The translations under genes were made by a program, and so were the position numbers. A stretch of DNA of 59,481 nt from an uncultured Mycoplasma sp. (GTDB lineage: Bacteria; Bacillota_I; Bacilli_A; RF39; UBA660). Below, one piece after another: positions 18,836-29,609 of this stretch (position 1 is the first letter of the stretch; each line of letters opens with the position of its first letter). The notes under the pieces were generated by a model, which was not told the origin of the DNA, ran no database searches, and saw nothing but the letters and a program-made list of their open reading frames with translations. The stretch covers positions 1-59,481 of the forward strand of contig CANSFH010000004.1 of assembly GCA_947646115.1 (NCBI GenBank). Direction: 5' to 3'.

Positions 18836-19065
18836 TATTATTCACCAACACTTTTTAACATGTTTAGTATAGCAAAAAAGTATAAATTTGTAAATTAACT
18901 TGTACTTATATTGTAATTAATATATTTATTTAATTTTGTCAAAAAAGAACTGACCATTTTAATATTACAAAATTTAAGTTTTTTATGAAGCTCATAACTT
19001 TAGTTGGTACAAACTCCTTTCAGAACAAAAAAAAGATTAACCGAAATTAACCTTTATGTATTGAA

Positions 19066-19110
19066 AGTCGAATTAGTTAGACTAATTTCCCTTTGGTGCC
19101 CTAAAGGAGA
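19066..19110. repeat. Degenerate copy of a tRNA 3' end plus inner inverted repeat (att-like remnant)
   Basis: tggtgccctaaaggaga (19094-19110) matches 12/17 to tggtgtcccaggcgaga (19836-19852); preceded by the IR agtcgaa...ttagact. Confidence 0.55.
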
Positions 19111-19122
19111 CATTAAACAACT

Positions 19123-19671
19123 TTAAAATCTAAACAAAAAATTAGTTAATACTTGATAAACTTCAGGTCTTTCAACTAGTTCATTATTATCTATCATTTT
19201 TTGAATTGAGTTTAAATTCACAAATTTTACAGCTTGTACTTCTTCCTTTTGAAAAAATAATGTTTTATCATCAACTCCAGTTGTTCTTAAAATAAAGAAA
19301 TCATAAAATTGTCTTTCTATAAAATCTTTTTTAAATACTTGTTCTTTTCTAAAACAATACATATATCTAAAATCTTTTATTTCAGTTCTGTAACCAAGTA
19401 ATACACTTACCTCTTCATTTATTTCGCGAGCTGCAGCGGATAAAGAATCTTGTCCAGCCGAAATATGTCCAGCAACAGAAATATCCCACATACCAGCATT
19501 TTTTTCTTTTTTTTCACTTCTTTGCTGTAATAAAATTTCATTTTTTTCATTTACGATTGCAACCACAATAGCTCGATGCCATAATCCTCTTTTGTGAACT
19601 TCACTTCTAGGTAATACTTCACCTGTTAAAATACCATTTTCATCAAGGACATCTATTAATTCAGTGGTCAT
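19123..19671 (-). CDS. NUDIX hydrolase (Idi-like), paralog of 7154-7690
   Basis: GLWHRA, LLQQRS, WDISVAGH...REINEE. ATG at 19671 with GGAGG RBS (ORF open to 19689). Confidence 0.85.
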   Translation of the reverse strand: MTTELIDVLDENGILTGEVLPRSEVHKRGLWHRAIVVAIVNEKNEILLQQRSEKKEKNAGMWDISVAGHISAGQDSLSAAAREINEEVSVLLGYRTEIKDFRYMYCFRKEQVFKKDFIERQFYDFFILRTTGVDDKTLFFQKEEVQAVKFVNLNSIQKMIDNNELVERPEVYQVLTNFLFRF

Positions 19672-19835
19672 ATTTATACCTCCATTCAATTACATATATT
19701 GTTTATGACAATATACAAGCGATTTACTAAATTGACATAAATCAATTTTATTTATATAAATATTTTATCATAATTTTAAATATATTAAAACTCGAACTTT
19801 AAAATAAATTAAAAGTTAGAGTTTAGTTATCACTC

Positions 19836-19910
19836 TGGTGTCCCAGGCGAGAATCGAACTCGCAATTAGGCTTTAGGAGAGCCTCGTTATATCCATTTAA
19901 CTACCAGGAC
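19836..19910 (-). tRNA. tRNA-Arg(CCT)
   Basis: Reverse complement GTCCTGG TA GTTA AATGGATA TAAC G AGGCT CT-CCT-AA AGCCT AATT GCGAG TTCGATT CTCGC CTGGGAC A CCA; full cloverleaf, 75 nt, encoded CCA. Confidence 0.95.
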
Positions 19911-19958
19911 AAGTTGCAAAATAATTATATAACTATTTTGCGTTTTTGACAATATTTC

Positions 19959-20303
19959 CTAATCAACTATTTTATGTTGGTCTTTGTTCCAAGCTGGTGT
20001 ACAAGTAAGAGTTAAAACTGAATATTCTGTTTCATAATAATATTTTTCATGAGGTAATATTAAGATTGCATCACCTTTAGAATAACTTATTTCATTATTT
20101 TCGAAATGAATAGTTCCCTTTCCTTCTAAAACATAAACAAGTTCTTTACTAACTAGATTTAAAGCATATCCAGTACTGGGAAATCTTCCAGTAATAGTAG
20201 CAACTCCTAAATCAATATCTTTATCCTGAAAAGAATATTCAATAGTTTTACATATTTCACTATTTTGACCGTTTTTAGAATCATGTAATTTTACTATTTT
20301 CAT
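19959..20303 (-). CDS. Cupin-domain protein
   Basis: ELVYVLEGKG...GDAILILPHEKYY cupin motifs. Confidence 0.8.
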   Translation of the reverse strand: MKIVKLHDSKNGQNSEICKTIEYSFQDKDIDLGVATITGRFPSTGYALNLVSKELVYVLEGKGTIHFENNEISYSKGDAILILPHEKYYYETEYSVLTLTCTPAWNKDQHKIVD

Positions 20304-20308
20304 GTTTT

Positions 20309-21043
20309 CTATTTAGTTCTCCTTAAAACAATTACATCTTCATCTTCAGCAATTCTATAATTTGCTGTCCTAGCAGAAGACATTGTATCTTCGATAATAA
20401 TACCTTTTCTTTCTGCTAAAAATGCATCAATATAATTTGTATGATATTCAGGTAATCTATCTTTTGGAACTTGAAGCTCTAAAGCTTCTGGTAATATTAA
20501 GCTTGTATCTGCATGTTGATGAAGCTCTAAATAATCATCTTGCGAATGATACCAAAGACTTCCTCTCGTACCGTTTTCTCCACTTAAATCAGCATGAATA
20601 ACATTATGTTCAATACTAACTTCTGGCTCATTTAATTGTTTAGCAATGTTTTGAACAAACTCACTATCCAACATAGTTTTAATTGCTTCTGCAAATTTTA
20701 CATCATCTTTAACTTGAGCGTGATAATATCCTGATAAAGCAAAAACATCATTAAATTCTTTTAAATCTTTAAAAGTTTCTTTACCATGTAGATTGACATC
20801 CCAACCAAATTTTAATAAAAATTCCATTAATGCAACACCTAATGAATTTTCTTTAATTTTAAAGTTTAAATATAAATTTGGATTATGTTCTGGAGTTTGA
20901 TAAATTCTAAAATTAAAATCTTGTACTCTTCTATCAGCTGTAAAAACATATTGTTTAAGTTTTGCTAATTCTTCTTGATGATGAAGATATTCTCCTCTTA
21001 ATCCAAATATAATGTTTTCGATTGTATAATTTTCTTGTTTCAT
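20309..21043 (-). CDS. Hypothetical protein
   Basis: 244-aa ORF in a co-oriented cluster; no motif. Confidence 0.75.
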   Translation of the reverse strand: MKQENYTIENIIFGLRGEYLHHQEELAKLKQYVFTADRRVQDFNFRIYQTPEHNPNLYLNFKIKENSLGVALMEFLLKFGWDVNLHGKETFKDLKEFNDVFALSGYYHAQVKDDVKFAEAIKTMLDSEFVQNIAKQLNEPEVSIEHNVIHADLSGENGTRGSLWYHSQDDYLELHQHADTSLILPEALELQVPKDRLPEYHTNYIDAFLAERKGIIIEDTMSSARTANYRIAEDEDVIVLRRTK

Positions 21044-21068
21044 TTTATTTTCTCTTTCTGTTTATTAT

Positions 21069-21317
21069 TTATTTTTCTAACACACTTTTTATTTCTTGTA
21101 GTTCAAAACGATATTTTTGTTTGATATCAGGATATTTTTCATGGTCCACTTCACTTAAAAACATAGCTAATGGTCTAATTTTTAAACTACAATCACCATA
21201 TAATCTTCGATATATAACATACTGTTCTTTCGTTTCTGAATGTTCTGCAATATCAACAACTATGTAATGATTTCCTTTAAAGTGCTTATATATTCTTTTT
21301 ACTTTTACCTCTCTCAT
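21069..21317 (-). CDS. DUF1653-family protein (copy 2)
   Basis: YKHFKG...VIYRRLYGD...[16 protein letters not shown]...QKYRF. Confidence 0.88.
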   Translation of the reverse strand: MREVKVKRIYKHFKGNHYIVVDIAEHSETKEQYVIYRRLYGDCSLKIRPLAMFLSEVDHEKYPDIKQKYRFELQEIKSVLEK

Positions 21318-21330
21318 TTAAACTCCTAAT

Positions 21331-21576
21331 TTATTCTAAAGCACTTTTTATTTCTTGTAGTTCAAAACGATATTTTTGTTTGACATCGGGATATTTTTCA
21401 TGATCCACTTCACTTAAGAAATCATTTAATGGTCTTACACATACTGAACCATCTCCATAAAGATGACGATAAATGACAACTGGTTTTCCTGTTTCTGAAT
21501 CTATACCAATTTCTTCAACTAAATAATAATCGCCTTTAAAATGTTTATATATTCTTTTTAATTCTACTTCTCTCAT
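21331..21576 (-). CDS. DUF1653-family protein (copy 1)
   Basis: YKHFKG...VIYRHLYGD...[16 protein letters not shown]...QKYRF. Confidence 0.88.
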   Translation of the reverse strand: MREVELKRIYKHFKGDYYLVEEIGIDSETGKPVVIYRHLYGDGSVCVRPLNDFLSEVDHEKYPDVKQKYRFELQEIKSALE

Positions 21577-21581
21577 TTTGT

Positions 21582-24101
21582 TTATCCTTTCAATTTTTCT
21601 AATTTTTCTTCTTCTAAAGCTAATTTTTCTTTTTCAGATTCAACTAAATTAGCTGGTGCTTTACTAACAAAATTAGCATTAGCTAGTAAAGATTTTCTTT
21701 TAGCAATTGAAGTTTCTAAATCAGTTATTTCTTTTTCTAGAGCTAATTTATCTTCTTCAGTTAGCGTTTTTTCATAATATATTGTTAAATCATAGTTCTT
21801 ATAAGTTACATTATAAGCATTAATATTTAGAGTTTCAGTTGTAACATTATTTATTTTTAATAATTTTTTAATTAGCTCATAATCAGAATTATTATTAAAT
21901 TTAATCGTAGCACTTTTATTTAAATGATTTTCTTGATATGTTTTGCGATAAATTCTAATAAATTCAATCATATCAGTTATATTCTCTTCACATTCAGTGA
22001 ATACTTCTTTTTTATCAAATATTGGATAGCTACTAATCATTATGTTTTCGTGTGTATTAGGTAATTTTGAATATATTTCATCAGTAACATAAGGCATAAA
22101 TGGATGAAGCATTTTTAAAATACCACTTAAAACTTTCTTTAAAACACTTTTAGTTGTAATACTATCTAAATTAAATTTAGCAAATTCAATGTAGTTATCA
22201 CAAAAATCATTATAAATAAAATTGTAAATTTCTGTACCAGCATTATTAAGTTCAAACTTATCCATAAATTTGGTAACATTTTTAATAGTTTTATTATATT
22301 TACTTAAAATCCATTTATCAGTTTTTGTTAAGTTTTCGAAAGATTCATTTGATAAATCTTCAATATTCATTAATACAAAGCGAGAAGCATTCCAAAGTTT
22401 GTTGATGAAATTCCAAGTAGATTTTAAAGCTTCTTCATCAAATTTTAAATCCATGCCGTTAGATACAGCGGTTGTTAAGTAGAATCTTAAGGCATCAGCG
22501 CCATATTTTTCAGCCATATCCATTGGGTCAATACCATTTCCAAGGCTTTTAGACATTTTACGTCCTTCTTTATCACGAATAAGTCCATGAATTATGCAAT
22601 GTTCAAATGGACGTTTATTTAAAAATTCTAAACCTTGAAAAGTCATTCTATTTACCCAGAATGGAATAATATCATAACCAGTAACTAAAACATTATTTGG
22701 ATAATATGTTTCTAAATCTTTAGTATTTTCTGGCCAACCTAAAGTTGAGAATGGCCATAAAGCAGAACTAAACCAAGTATCAAGTACATCTTCATCTTGA
22801 ACCCAACCTTCGCCAGTTGGAGCTTCTACCCCTACATATACTTCATCACCTTTATACCAAGCAGGGATTCTATGTCCCCACCAAAGTTGACGAGAAATAC
22901 ACCAGTCATATGTAATTTCCATCCAGTGATTCATTATTTTTTCAAAACGACTTGGAACAAAGTTCACTTTATTATTCTTATCTTTTTGATTTAATAGTAC
23001 TCTATCAGCTAGAGGACGCATTTTAACAAACCATTGTTTAGAAATAATTGGTTCAATTAAAGCGCCGCTTCTTTCACTAAAAGGTGCATTATGGGTAATA
23101 TTCTCAACATTAAGTAATAGGCCAAGATTCTTTAAATCATTAACTAATTTTTCGCGACACTCAAATCTATCTAATCCTTCATAAACTCCAGCTGTTTTAC
23201 TCATTGTACCATCTAGCTCGATACATTCTATAGCATCTAAATTATGACGTTGTCCTACTTCATAATCGTTAGGATCATGGAACGGAGTTATTTTTACACA
23301 ACCTGTTCCTTTTTCCATATCAGCGTGTTCATCACCAATAATAGGAATTAATCGATTAACTATTGGAAGAATTACATTCTTGCCAATAAGTTTATTATAA
23401 CGGGAATCCTCTGGATTAACGGCGACTGCTGTATCACCAAATAAAGTTTCAGGACGAGTTGTTGCTACATCTAAATATTCTTCACTATCTTCAAGTTTAT
23501 ATTTTAAATGATAAAAAGCTCCTGGAACATCTTTATAAATAACTTCTTCATCAGATAGAGCAGTCATTGCAACTGGATCCCAGTTAATCATCCTTTTTCC
23601 TTGATAAATTAATCCTTTATTATAAAGGTCAACAAATACTTTTCTTACAGCATGAGATAATCCTTCATCTAAAGTAAAACGTTCTTTAGAATAAGCAAGA
23701 GATAAACCTAGAGTTGCCCATTGATTATGAATATTTAAAGCATATTCTTCTTTCCAAGCCCAAGCATGTTTTAGCCACTCTTCTCTAGATAAACTTCTTG
23801 GATTAATACCTATCCCACTTAATCTTTTATCAACTTTGGCTTGAGTTGCAATTCCAGCGTGATCCATTCCCGGAAGCCATAAAGTATTATATCCTTGCAT
23901 TCTTTTATATCTAATTAAAGCATCTTGAATTGATGTATCCCATGCGTGCCCAATATGTAATTTGCCAGTTACATTTGGTGGTGGTATTACGATACAAAAA
24001 GCTTCTTTAGCCTCACAATTAGGTTCAAAATAGCCATTCTTTTTCCAATTTTCATATTTGTTTTTTTCAACACTTAAGTGATCATATTTTTTGTCTAACA
24101 T
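21582..24101 (-). CDS. valS: Valine--tRNA ligase
   Basis: [39 protein letters not shown]-terminal coiled coil. Confidence 0.98.
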   Translation of the reverse strand: MLDKKYDHLSVEKNKYENWKKNGYFEPNCEAKEAFCIVIPPPNVTGKLHIGHAWDTSIQDALIRYKRMQGYNTLWLPGMDHAGIATQAKVDKRLSGIGINPRSLSREEWLKHAWAWKEEYALNIHNQWATLGLSLAYSKERFTLDEGLSHAVRKVFVDLYNKGLIYQGKRMINWDPVAMTALSDEEVIYKDVPGAFYHLKYKLEDSEEYLDVATTRPETLFGDTAVAVNPEDSRYNKLIGKNVILPIVNRLIPIIGDEHADMEKGTGCVKITPFHDPNDYEVGQRHNLDAIECIELDGTMSKTAGVYEGLDRFECREKLVNDLKNLGLLLNVENITHNAPFSERSGALIEPIISKQWFVKMRPLADRVLLNQKDKNNKVNFVPSRFEKIMNHWMEITYDWCISRQLWWGHRIPAWYKGDEVYVGVEAPTGEGWVQDEDVLDTWFSSALWPFSTLGWPENTKDLETYYPNNVLVTGYDIIPFWVNRMTFQGLEFLNKRPFEHCIIHGLIRDKEGRKMSKSLGNGIDPMDMAEKYGADALRFYLTTAVSNGMDLKFDEEALKSTWNFINKLWNASRFVLMNIEDLSNESFENLTKTDKWILSKYNKTIKNVTKFMDKFELNNAGTEIYNFIYNDFCDNYIEFAKFNLDSITTKSVLKKVLSGILKMLHPFMPYVTDEIYSKLPNTHENIMISSYPIFDKKEVFTECEENITDMIEFIRIYRKTYQENHLNKSATIKFNNNSDYELIKKLLKINNVTTETLNINAYNVTYKNYDLTIYYEKTLTEEDKLALEKEITDLETSIAKRKSLLANANFVSKAPANLVESEKEKLALEEEKLEKLKG

Positions 24102-24114
24102 TTTTTATCCTCCT

Positions 24115-24305
24115 CAAAATAAAAAAAGGTAATACCAAAGGGTGCAAAACATGCACGGTACCACCTTTTATTTTACTTAAATTTTTAACGCATCACTGCG
24201 GGTATTAATAACCAACTCCCAAGAAACCTTCAGAATATATTCTTACTCACTTCCACCATTTATGAGTTCTCTATAAAGAAGTTTATTCTTACTCCTCTTG
24301 TTCTT
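24115..24305 (-). promoter_or_regulatory. T-box riboswitch leader of valS
   Basis: Minus strand shows AGTA/GAA S-turn, AGAGA, GGTGGAA, putative specifier GAA-G-GTT (Val), T-box AAGGTGGTACCGTG, then a hairpin and U-tract. Confidence 0.88.
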
Positions 24306-24353
24306 CGTTTTTAATAAATTTATTTTATCAAATTAATAATATTTTTACAAGTA

Positions 24354-26489
24354 TTAATCGCCTGTTATTGCTAAATTTCCAAAAAGATCAGTATTATAAA
24401 CTGTATTGGTACTTTTAATTTTAATAACATATCCTTTAGAATTTAAACTAACTTCATAATCATTAGGTCCTGAAACAGTTATTGTACCTTCAGGATTTAG
24501 CTTAAAATCTTGATTATCATAACGATGTATATCAAGTATATTTTCATTAGTTATAACAATATAATAATCATCTTCTAAAGAAATATCTGAATATCCTGTT
24601 TCTTCTATTTTATTACCTTCAAAATCATAAACATAATATTTACCATCATTTTCTACTTTTAAATGTTTACCTTTATAATCTATAATTTTATATCCATATT
24701 TACTAGTTACTTCTTTGCCATTTGAATCAAGCATTAAGTAAGTACCAGCACTTTCTTCAGCTAAATAATAGTCATGAATTTTACTTATATTTTTATAATT
24801 AAAGCCTATTACGCCTTTTACGTCTTCAGCAATTTTAATAACTCCATATTTATTACTTTTGTTTTCACCTATAATATAAGTAGCATTAGTATTTTTAAAA
24901 GTTATTTTATTTTCTTTGGTATATGAGCCTGTATCTATTTTTGAATATTTACTTAATGTCTTTCGATTTTTTAAATCATATAAAATAATGGTAGGATTTT
25001 TAGAATCGAGATTATCAGCAATAAATACATATCGTTCGTTAAAGATTGGAATCCAACCTAAAAGTTCTTCACTATTAGCTCCATCTATTAAATTGATATC
25101 ACTGGCAACATAACAATTACTCAAGCTTTTAGTATCTTTATTAATATTATTTTTATTAGAACATGTATAAGTTCCTAAAAGTTTTGTTTCTTCTTCATCA
25201 CTGTAAAAATAAAGATTGCCATTAAAATAATTTAAATAAGCTAAATTTTTACTAAACTTTCCTTCATCAAGATTAATGGTTTCTGTTTTTTCAGTATTCT
25301 TATTCTTATAAGTGACAGTTAATATATTTTCTTCAATATTAACTTCATAGGCTTTTTTAGTTTCTACTAAAACTTTATCAGAATTGTATATGTTAGTTAC
25401 ATTATAATCACTATTAGAAAGTTTAATACCTTCTTCATTATATTTATTATTTTTATAGTCTTTTAGATAAAGAGTTTGATTTTTTATTAAAATAGCATAA
25501 TCATTTAATAATTCTACATAATCGTATGATTCGTCAATTACTAATTTTCCAGAATAATCATATACATAATAACCATTATTATCAGCGACTATATATTTAT
25601 CGTTATAACTCTTAATATCGTATGAAATACCTTTACTTTCTAGTTTTCCATCCATATTATAAATAAAATGTTTTTTATTTGTTTCGGCTACAACTTTATT
25701 ACTATCACTTAATTTATCTAAGTTATCAAATGAAAATGCTATTTTTTCTTTAATACCTGTATCTGTTAATTCTAATGCACCATATTTATTATTACTATTT
25801 TTTAAAATAACATAATCAGAGTCTATAGAACCTCTTATTTCTTTATATACGCCTTCATTTTTTTCATCAGTTATATTATATAAAGTTATTACACCTTCAT
25901 TTTTTTTGGCATTATCATAAATAAATACATATTTATTATTATATATTTTACTTCGAATTAAGATATTACTTCCATCTTCATATACCATTTTGGAACTATC
26001 TAGACTACTTTCGCTATTATAATTTTCAACATAACATAAATCTTCTTGCTTATTTTTACACTCGTAAGTTCCTATTTCATTGTTATCTTTATCAATAAAA
26101 GATAAATTACCATCTTTATAAATATAATTTTCTTTTTCTACAATTACTGATGGAGTTTTATCAGGTTCCTTTTTTTCTGGTTCTTTTTCTTCTTTTGGTA
26201 AAAGAACTATTACAACAATAAGGATTATTAAAATAATTATACCACTACTAATAAAAATAATTTTTTTCTTTTTAGATAAGTTTTGCCATTTTTCTTTTAA
26301 ACTTTTTTTACTTTTATTATTCTTTTTCTTTTTAGAGATGATTTCATTTTCATCAAGGCTCAAAGTTGTTTCTTCAGTATTTGATAAATAATCTTTATTT
26401 ACCCCTTCCATTTCAATATTTTCGATAGGAATTGGGACATCAGCTATATCAAATAAATCTTTGGTCTTTTCTAAATCATCATACTTCAT
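24354..26489 (-). CDS. Membrane-anchored surface protein with WG/beta-propeller-like repeats
   Basis: Acidic then basic cytoplasmic N-terminus, single TM, repeated KYGxI / YYVYDxxGK units. Confidence 0.78.
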   Translation of the reverse strand: MKYDDLEKTKDLFDIADVPIPIENIEMEGVNKDYLSNTEETTLSLDENEIISKKKKNNKSKKSLKEKWQNLSKKKKIIFISSGIIILIILIVVIVLLPKEEKEPEKKEPDKTPSVIVEKENYIYKDGNLSFIDKDNNEIGTYECKNKQEDLCYVENYNSESSLDSSKMVYEDGSNILIRSKIYNNKYVFIYDNAKKNEGVITLYNITDEKNEGVYKEIRGSIDSDYVILKNSNNKYGALELTDTGIKEKIAFSFDNLDKLSDSNKVVAETNKKHFIYNMDGKLESKGISYDIKSYNDKYIVADNNGYYVYDYSGKLVIDESYDYVELLNDYAILIKNQTLYLKDYKNNKYNEEGIKLSNSDYNVTNIYNSDKVLVETKKAYEVNIEENILTVTYKNKNTEKTETINLDEGKFSKNLAYLNYFNGNLYFYSDEEETKLLGTYTCSNKNNINKDTKSLSNCYVASDINLIDGANSEELLGWIPIFNERYVFIADNLDSKNPTIILYDLKNRKTLSKYSKIDTGSYTKENKITFKNTNATYIIGENKSNKYGVIKIAEDVKGVIGFNYKNISKIHDYYLAEESAGTYLMLDSNGKEVTSKYGYKIIDYKGKHLKVENDGKYYVYDFEGNKIEETGYSDISLEDDYYIVITNENILDIHRYDNQDFKLNPEGTITVSGPNDYEVSLNSKGYVIKIKSTNTVYNTDLFGNLAITGD

Positions 26490-26625
26490 TTATAACGACA
26501 CTCCTTTATTATTAAAAATAGTATAACACATTTTTATTCAACTTGCTACATTTTATAATAAATTATTATAGATATATATTCTTTTTATAGCTAATTTAAA
26601 ACATTAAAAAAAGTTAGTTTCCTAA

Positions 26626-26814
26626 CTAGTTTTCTTCATTTTCTGTTTTGATTACTTCTACATTTTTGTAGTAACCACACTTAGTACATGCACGATGAGG
26701 TCTTAAAGTTTCACCACATTTTGGGCATTTTGTTAATGCTCCAACCTCTTTTTTTAAGTGAGTACGACGCATTCTTTTTTTAGTCTTACTTGTTCTTCTA
26801 AAAGGAACTGCCAT
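26626..26814 (-). CDS. rpmF: 50S ribosomal protein L32 (Zn-ribbon form)
   Basis: [21 protein letters not shown]...[10 protein letters not shown]. Confidence 0.97.
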   Translation of the reverse strand: MAVPFRRTSKTKKRMRRTHLKKEVGALTKCPKCGETLRPHRACTKCGYYKNVEVIKTENEEN

Positions 26815-26818
26815 GTTT

Positions 26819-27316
26819 TCACTCCTTCCTTTCGTCCAAAAGTTCAGCTAAACGCGCTAATCTTGGATCGATATTATCATTTTTATTTTCAACATTACCC
26901 ATACTCCAACCATCACCAGATAATTGCATATTTTCAGTTTTGGTTAATCTAATGGGTACTTCCAGAACAATATTTTCCCACAAAATTGTCATAATATCAA
27001 GTATATTTTGTTCTTTTTTATAATATTCCTTCAAATATTCATCTTCTAAACTATATTCATCATCTATTTGAATATTAATTGGATATTCAATATCTTCTAA
27101 AGTTACACTATCTTTTAAAATCATTATACCAGTTATAGTAAGATTAAATTCTAAATTTTCAGTAGCATTTAAGAAAATTCTACCCGCTGTATGTAGATTT
27201 TTTAAAGCTACAATATCTTTATTTTGATACACTTTTAAATCTATTTCAAAGTCTTCATCAATATCAATATAATCTTTAGTATATAACTTTTTTAAATCAA
27301 TTTGCACTTTTCTCAC
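26819..27316 (-). CDS. yceD: YceD/DUF177 protein
   Basis: ENIVLEVP and IDPRLARL; directly upstream of rpmF. Confidence 0.88.
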   Translation of the reverse strand: MRKVQIDLKKLYTKDYIDIDEDFEIDLKVYQNKDIVALKNLHTAGRIFLNATENLEFNLTITGIMILKDSVTLEDIEYPINIQIDDEYSLEDEYLKEYYKKEQNILDIMTILWENIVLEVPIRLTKTENMQLSGDGWSMGNVENKNDNIDPRLARLAELLDERKE

Positions 27317-27423
27317 CTAATTAATTATACCATATATTATAAATTATTTGTAAAATAAAGTGCTATTTTTATAATTATTATCTTTTTTATTATTTTTTTG
27401 ATATACTTATATTGGTGATTTAA

Positions 27424-28533
27424 ATGGAAGCTGTAGGTATAATTTGTGAATATAATCCATTACATAAAGGGCATATTTATCATATTGAAGAAACCAAAAA
27501 ATTATTTCCAGGTAGCCCAATTATTTTAGTTTTAAATGGTTATTTTTTAGAACGTGGTGAAGTTAGTATTTTATCTAAAGAAAATAAAACTAAATTAGCT
27601 TTAATTTATGGTGTTGATTTAGTGGTTGAACTTCCATTTATTTTTGGTACGCAAAGTGCCGATATTTTTGCTAAAGCTAGTATTAAAATACTTCATTATT
27701 TGGGTTGTAAGTATCTAGTCTTTGGTAGTGAATCTAATAATATAGAAACTTTAGAAAATGTTATTAAAATACAAAATGATCCTGATTATAATGAACGAGT
27801 TAAAAAACTATTACAAGAAGGTGTTAATTATCCTACCGCTTTAGCTAAAGCTTTAAATATTAGTGAAAATATATTTAACCCTAATGATTTACTTGGAATT
27901 AGTTATATAAAAGCAATAAAGCAAAATAATTTTGAGATAACCCCTATTACTATAAAAAGAACTAGTACGTATCATAGTATCGATGAAAACAATGAAATAA
28001 TAAGTGCCAGTAATATTAGAAATAAAATTAAATTGGGTGAAGATATTTCTTTAAATGTGCCTAGAAAAACTATTAAATTAATTGAAAATATAAGTTTGAA
28101 TGATTTATTTCCTTTTATCAAATATAAAATTTTAACTGATTTAGACTTAAGTAAATATTTGACTGTTGATGAAGGAATTGAAAATAGATTAAAAGAAAAA
28201 ATATTAATTTCTAATAATGTCGATGAATTAATAAAAAATGTTAAAACTAAAAGATATACTTATAATAAAATTTGTCGAATGCTTATACATATTTTAATTG
28301 GTGTTCCTAAAGATATTAATAAACTAGCTAGTATAGAATATATTAAAATTTTAGGTTTTAATGAAAAAGGTCGTAACTATTTACACAATTTGCCTGATTT
28401 AGAAGTGGGGTTGGTTCCTATACCTACTAGCACAACTTATAAATATGAAATAATTGCTGCGCAAATTTATAGTTTAATTAGTAAAAATGATATTATAACT
28501 TATGAAAAAAGTAATAAACCAATATTCTTTTAG
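27424..28533 (+). CDS. tmcAL: tRNA(Met) cytidine acetate ligase (YlbM)
   Basis: GIICEYNPLHKGH, QSADIFA, NPNDLLG, SASNIR, TKRYTY; divergent from yceD-rpmF as in Bacilli. Confidence 0.9.
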   Translation: MEAVGIICEYNPLHKGHIYHIEETKKLFPGSPIILVLNGYFLERGEVSILSKENKTKLALIYGVDLVVELPFIFGTQSADIFAKASIKILHYLGCKYLVFGSESNNIETLENVIKIQNDPDYNERVKKLLQEGVNYPTALAKALNISENIFNPNDLLGISYIKAIKQNNFEITPITIKRTSTYHSIDENNEIISASNIRNKIKLGEDISLNVPRKTIKLIENISLNDLFPFIKYKILTDLDLSKYLTVDEGIENRLKEKILISNNVDELIKNVKTKRYTYNKICRMLIHILIGVPKDINKLASIEYIKILGFNEKGRNYLHNLPDLEVGLVPIPTSTTYKYEIIAAQIYSLISKNDIITYEKSNKPIFF

Positions 28534-28690
28534 TTTATTACTTTTTTTAGTTTTGATTTAGTTATTCTAGCATTACCATTTTGGACAATTAAATAACAGG
28601 CATATCTAGAAAGTTTAAAATCCTCAATTTTTGCTTTCTCTATTACACTAGCAAAATTACTCCATTATATTTTTGTATTTTATTCATCAT
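28530..28690 (-). pseudogene. DinD/BRO-like remnant
   Basis: 28664->28530 reads WSNFASVIEKAKIEDFKLSRYACYLIVQNGNAR...; the GGAGG/ATG at 28690 is in another frame and stops after 15 codons. Confidence 0.72.
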
Positions 28691-28752
28691 AAAAACCTCC
28701 CTTTTATACTTTAATATCTAATATAATTAGACAATCTTATAAACTTAAAGTC

Positions 28753-28776
28753 AAAAAAAGTAGAGCAAAACTCTAC
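28753..28776 (-). terminator. Intrinsic terminator after mutM
   Basis: gtagag-caaaa-ctctac hairpin with a minus-strand U-tract. Confidence 0.7.
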
Positions 28777-28785
28777 ATAAATTTA

Positions 28786-29604
28786 TTATTTTTGACAGTG
28801 TTCACAATAATAAGTACTACGTCCACCAATTTTTATATTTTTTATAGGATTACCACAAATAGTACAAGGCTCTCCTTCTTTTTTATGAACTTTTAATTTT
28901 TGTTGGAATCTTCCTGTTACTCCTAAACTTGAAGTATAACTTTTAATAGTAGTGCCACCCATTTTTATAGCTTCTTTTATTATTTCATCACTACCTTTAG
29001 AGATTAATTCACATTCTTCTTTAGTAATACTTTTTGCTTCTCTTAAAGGGTTTATTTTAGCATAAAACATTACTTCATTTACATAAATATTTCCAAGGCC
29101 ACTTATAATGGTTTGATCAAGTAGAACTGATTTAATTGGTAATCTTTTATTTTTAAATTTTTCTAATAGGTATTCACTTGTAAGGTTTTCATCACCAGGT
29201 TCTAGTCCTTGCTTCTTAATACTTTCTGTATTTTCTAATTCTTCTTTTTTTATTAAATTCATTCGACCAAATTTTCTGGTATCTTCATATCTTAAAGATG
29301 TATCATCTTGAAATATTATAGTTACATGTTCATGTTTGCCTTTAGGATCTCTACTATCTTTAATAAAAAACTTTCCTTCCATTCTAAGATGGGATAATAA
29401 ATATCTTTTATTAGTCTCAAATATTAGCCATTTTCCTCTTCTTTTGATATCAATAAATTCATCACCAATTAAATTTGCAGCAAATGAATTTATATCGCTT
29501 TCAATCATAGTATTATAATAAACCTTAACATCTTTTATTTTTTTGTTTAAAATTTGTCTTTTTAAAGTATTTCTTACTGTCTCAACTTCTGCTATTTCTG
29601 GCAT
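28786..29604 (-). CDS. mutM: Formamidopyrimidine-DNA glycosylase
   Basis: MPEIAEVE, HLRMEG, GLGNIYVNE, C-terminal Zn finger CTIC...CEHCQ. Confidence 0.96.
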   Translation of the reverse strand: MPEIAEVETVRNTLKRQILNKKIKDVKVYYNTMIESDINSFAANLIGDEFIDIKRRGKWLIFETNKRYLLSHLRMEGKFFIKDSRDPKGKHEHVTIIFQDDTSLRYEDTRKFGRMNLIKKEELENTESIKKQGLEPGDENLTSEYLLEKFKNKRLPIKSVLLDQTIISGLGNIYVNEVMFYAKINPLREAKSITKEECELISKGSDEIIKEAIKMGGTTIKSYTSSLGVTGRFQQKLKVHKKEGEPCTICGNPIKNIKIGGRSTYYCEHCQK

Positions 29605-29609
29605 TTTAA

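Noticed and set aside
18985-19125. Known riboswitch in the hairpin-rich gap between the NUDIX gene and the response regulator
   Set aside because: No class consensus matched; better explained by an att-like remnant plus a terminator (aggttaa/ttaatct with U-tract).
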